A stretch of 63,975 nt of DNA, the filler included, from Hyphochytrium catenoides (Eukaryota > Protista > Hyphochytriomycota), in the NCBI GenBank assembly GCA_900088475.1. It is 11 parts of 11 records of this genome, joined end to end, with 100 filler letters (N's around TTAATTAATTAA, not from the genome) between each part and the next. Parts side by side here need not be neighbours in the genome. Positions count along the whole stretch, not along the records: positions 61,776 to 63,975 come from FLMG01000608.1; 10 more parts are not named here. One strand, written 5' to 3'. Under the pieces are notes generated by a model, which had not been told where the DNA came from, searched no databases, and saw nothing but the letters and a program-made list of their open reading frames with translations. Both the position numbers and the translations under genes were made by a program. Positions 62,443 through 63,975 of this stretch are shown piece by piece (within the stretch, counting starts at the first letter, position 1; each line of letters starts with the position of its first letter).

Positions 62443-63975
62443 CTTTTTGCTCTCCAATTCTGCAGATGTGCTTCTTGTGCTCACAGGCCTGTCTCACTCT
62501 CCACAGAACGTATGCTGCCCCACCCAAGCACACCTTCGATGAAGGGATAGAAGCTTGACCGGACTCATGGTCTAGGAACTCGATTATCGATATACATTGG
62601 ATCGTTGTGCTCCTCTCTTTCTCTCTGTCTTGGTCTCTCTTTCTGTGTCAACCCAGCTGTTTCTCCATCACCATCGCTCTGCGTCATATACAGTCTGTCC
62701 AACACGGTGAGGAAGCACCACGAGGCCTTGGAGGTGGAAAGTGGGAATGGAGCAGAGGGGGCAGGTCATCAGAAAGCGATGCGTTCCGTTTCTCCTGTCT
62801 CCCTCTCCTCTCTCTCTTATTACTCTTTATGGTTCTTCTCTCCCTCTCTCGGGTGTGCCCTCCTTCCCCTCATCACCTTCTGTCCGTCCAACAAGGCGAG
62901 AAAGTCCATGCCTTATTCCAACTTTTAGGAGAGAAAGCGTAGGGACTGACTCCATAAAAGATACGTTGATAACGCTGGCTACGAGGCTTGACCTTACACG
63001 CTGACCACCACCATCACCGCCAGCAGTGATGAGGGGCAGAACTGGACTCCTCTACCTGCCACACGTCTTCCCTCAGAGGAGTCAACATGCTACAGTCTTA
63101 GCGGCCGATGGGAGAGAGAGCGTTTGATAGATGGGAGACGGGCGCTGTCTCCTTAGCCGAAACGAGATAAAGCGTGTAAAGATACGAGGAGGAGGGCCTT
63201 ACTGGGAAGGAAAGAGCTGCTGGATGGAGGGCAGATTGAGGTGTATGGAGCATGAGAGGAAGGAGAGGAAAAGAGAGTGCGGTGTCAGAGGCAAAGAAAG
63301 AGAGAGAAAGCAGCAGGAGAGAATAGAGATAGAGAGACATTCTGGAAACCACAGCTGACCTGTATGCTACGTTCCTTCTTTACTGCCAACAATGCGGTTA
63401 TCCGTTAGCTCTTAGACCTTAAGATCCTTTGCTCGGTCTCATTGTGCCAGGACCTCTCTCCTTCTAGTTTGGAATGAAATTTGTCAGGCGTCCACCTGCG
63501 ACCCAAAGTGGAAATCTCTCGAAAGGATGTGTTTCATCACTTCCCCTTGTCTACAAGCCTTGTTAATACCCATGTAGCTCTCGTTCTTGCTCAGAGTCCG
63601 CAAGAGGCGCCAGCACCTGAGCGAAGCTCGCGAGCGTAGAGACAAAGAGTAAAGAAGTGTAAGACAGAAGGACAGAGAAGAACAGTTAGAACCTCGACGA
63701 AGGCATCGGAGAAGACAATGAAGTGCAAAGTGGGATATGGGAGGAGATGAAGGGGGAAGACTTCCCTGCTTAGAAAGACCTCCTCCTCTTTCTCCACGTG
63801 TCTTGTTCTGCTGCCCTGCTGGTTCTACTGATGTCAAGAGTTTAATCTCATGGTCTCGCTTTGTGGCCTCAGCTGCGAGCAGAAGAGAAATGGTACCGGC
63901 TAACCTGCCTGAGGAAAGACTGCGATCAGAACATCGTTCCATCGATTAATGTTACGTCGCATCCATAATACTGCC

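Noticed and set aside
61776-63975. Possible small exons near 62466 and 62658
   Set aside because: Too short and motif-free to support a gene call.

Overview
Eukaryotic, intron-containing genomic DNA from a microbial eukaryote; a stramenopile-like protist is my inference, not something the sequence proves. The window is not one locus. It is 11 scaffold pieces joined by 10 artificial N-TTAATTAATTAA-N linkers, so adjacency across a linker is meaningless. Recognisable genes (mostly multi-exon, GT-AG): DDX41/abstrakt helicase, a membrane-anchored LEA_2/DUF3712-like repeat protein, a YtcJ-like amidohydrolase, an anoctamin/TMEM16 with a C-terminal EF-hand, NIT1, a GMC/choline dehydrogenase 5' fragment, TRM7/FTSJ1, LpxK with a mitochondrial-type presequence, an IPT/TIG-repeat surface protein, acyl-CoA oxidase, a DUF924 protein and several orphans. 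Most short ORFs in the track are translations of (CT)n/(GA)n microsatellites or antisense shadows. The best novelty candidate is an intronless, membrane-anchored ORF (25750-26535, minus) whose C-terminal domain resembles bacterial polymorphic-toxin / TNT-like NAD-processing domains, lying near a strand-biased degenerate TGGCACCTA repeat field. Other candidates are the eukaryotic LpxK, the anoctamin-EF-hand fusion and a POU-specific-like HTH motif in an orphan. All family assignments come from reading motifs by eye; no database search was run.
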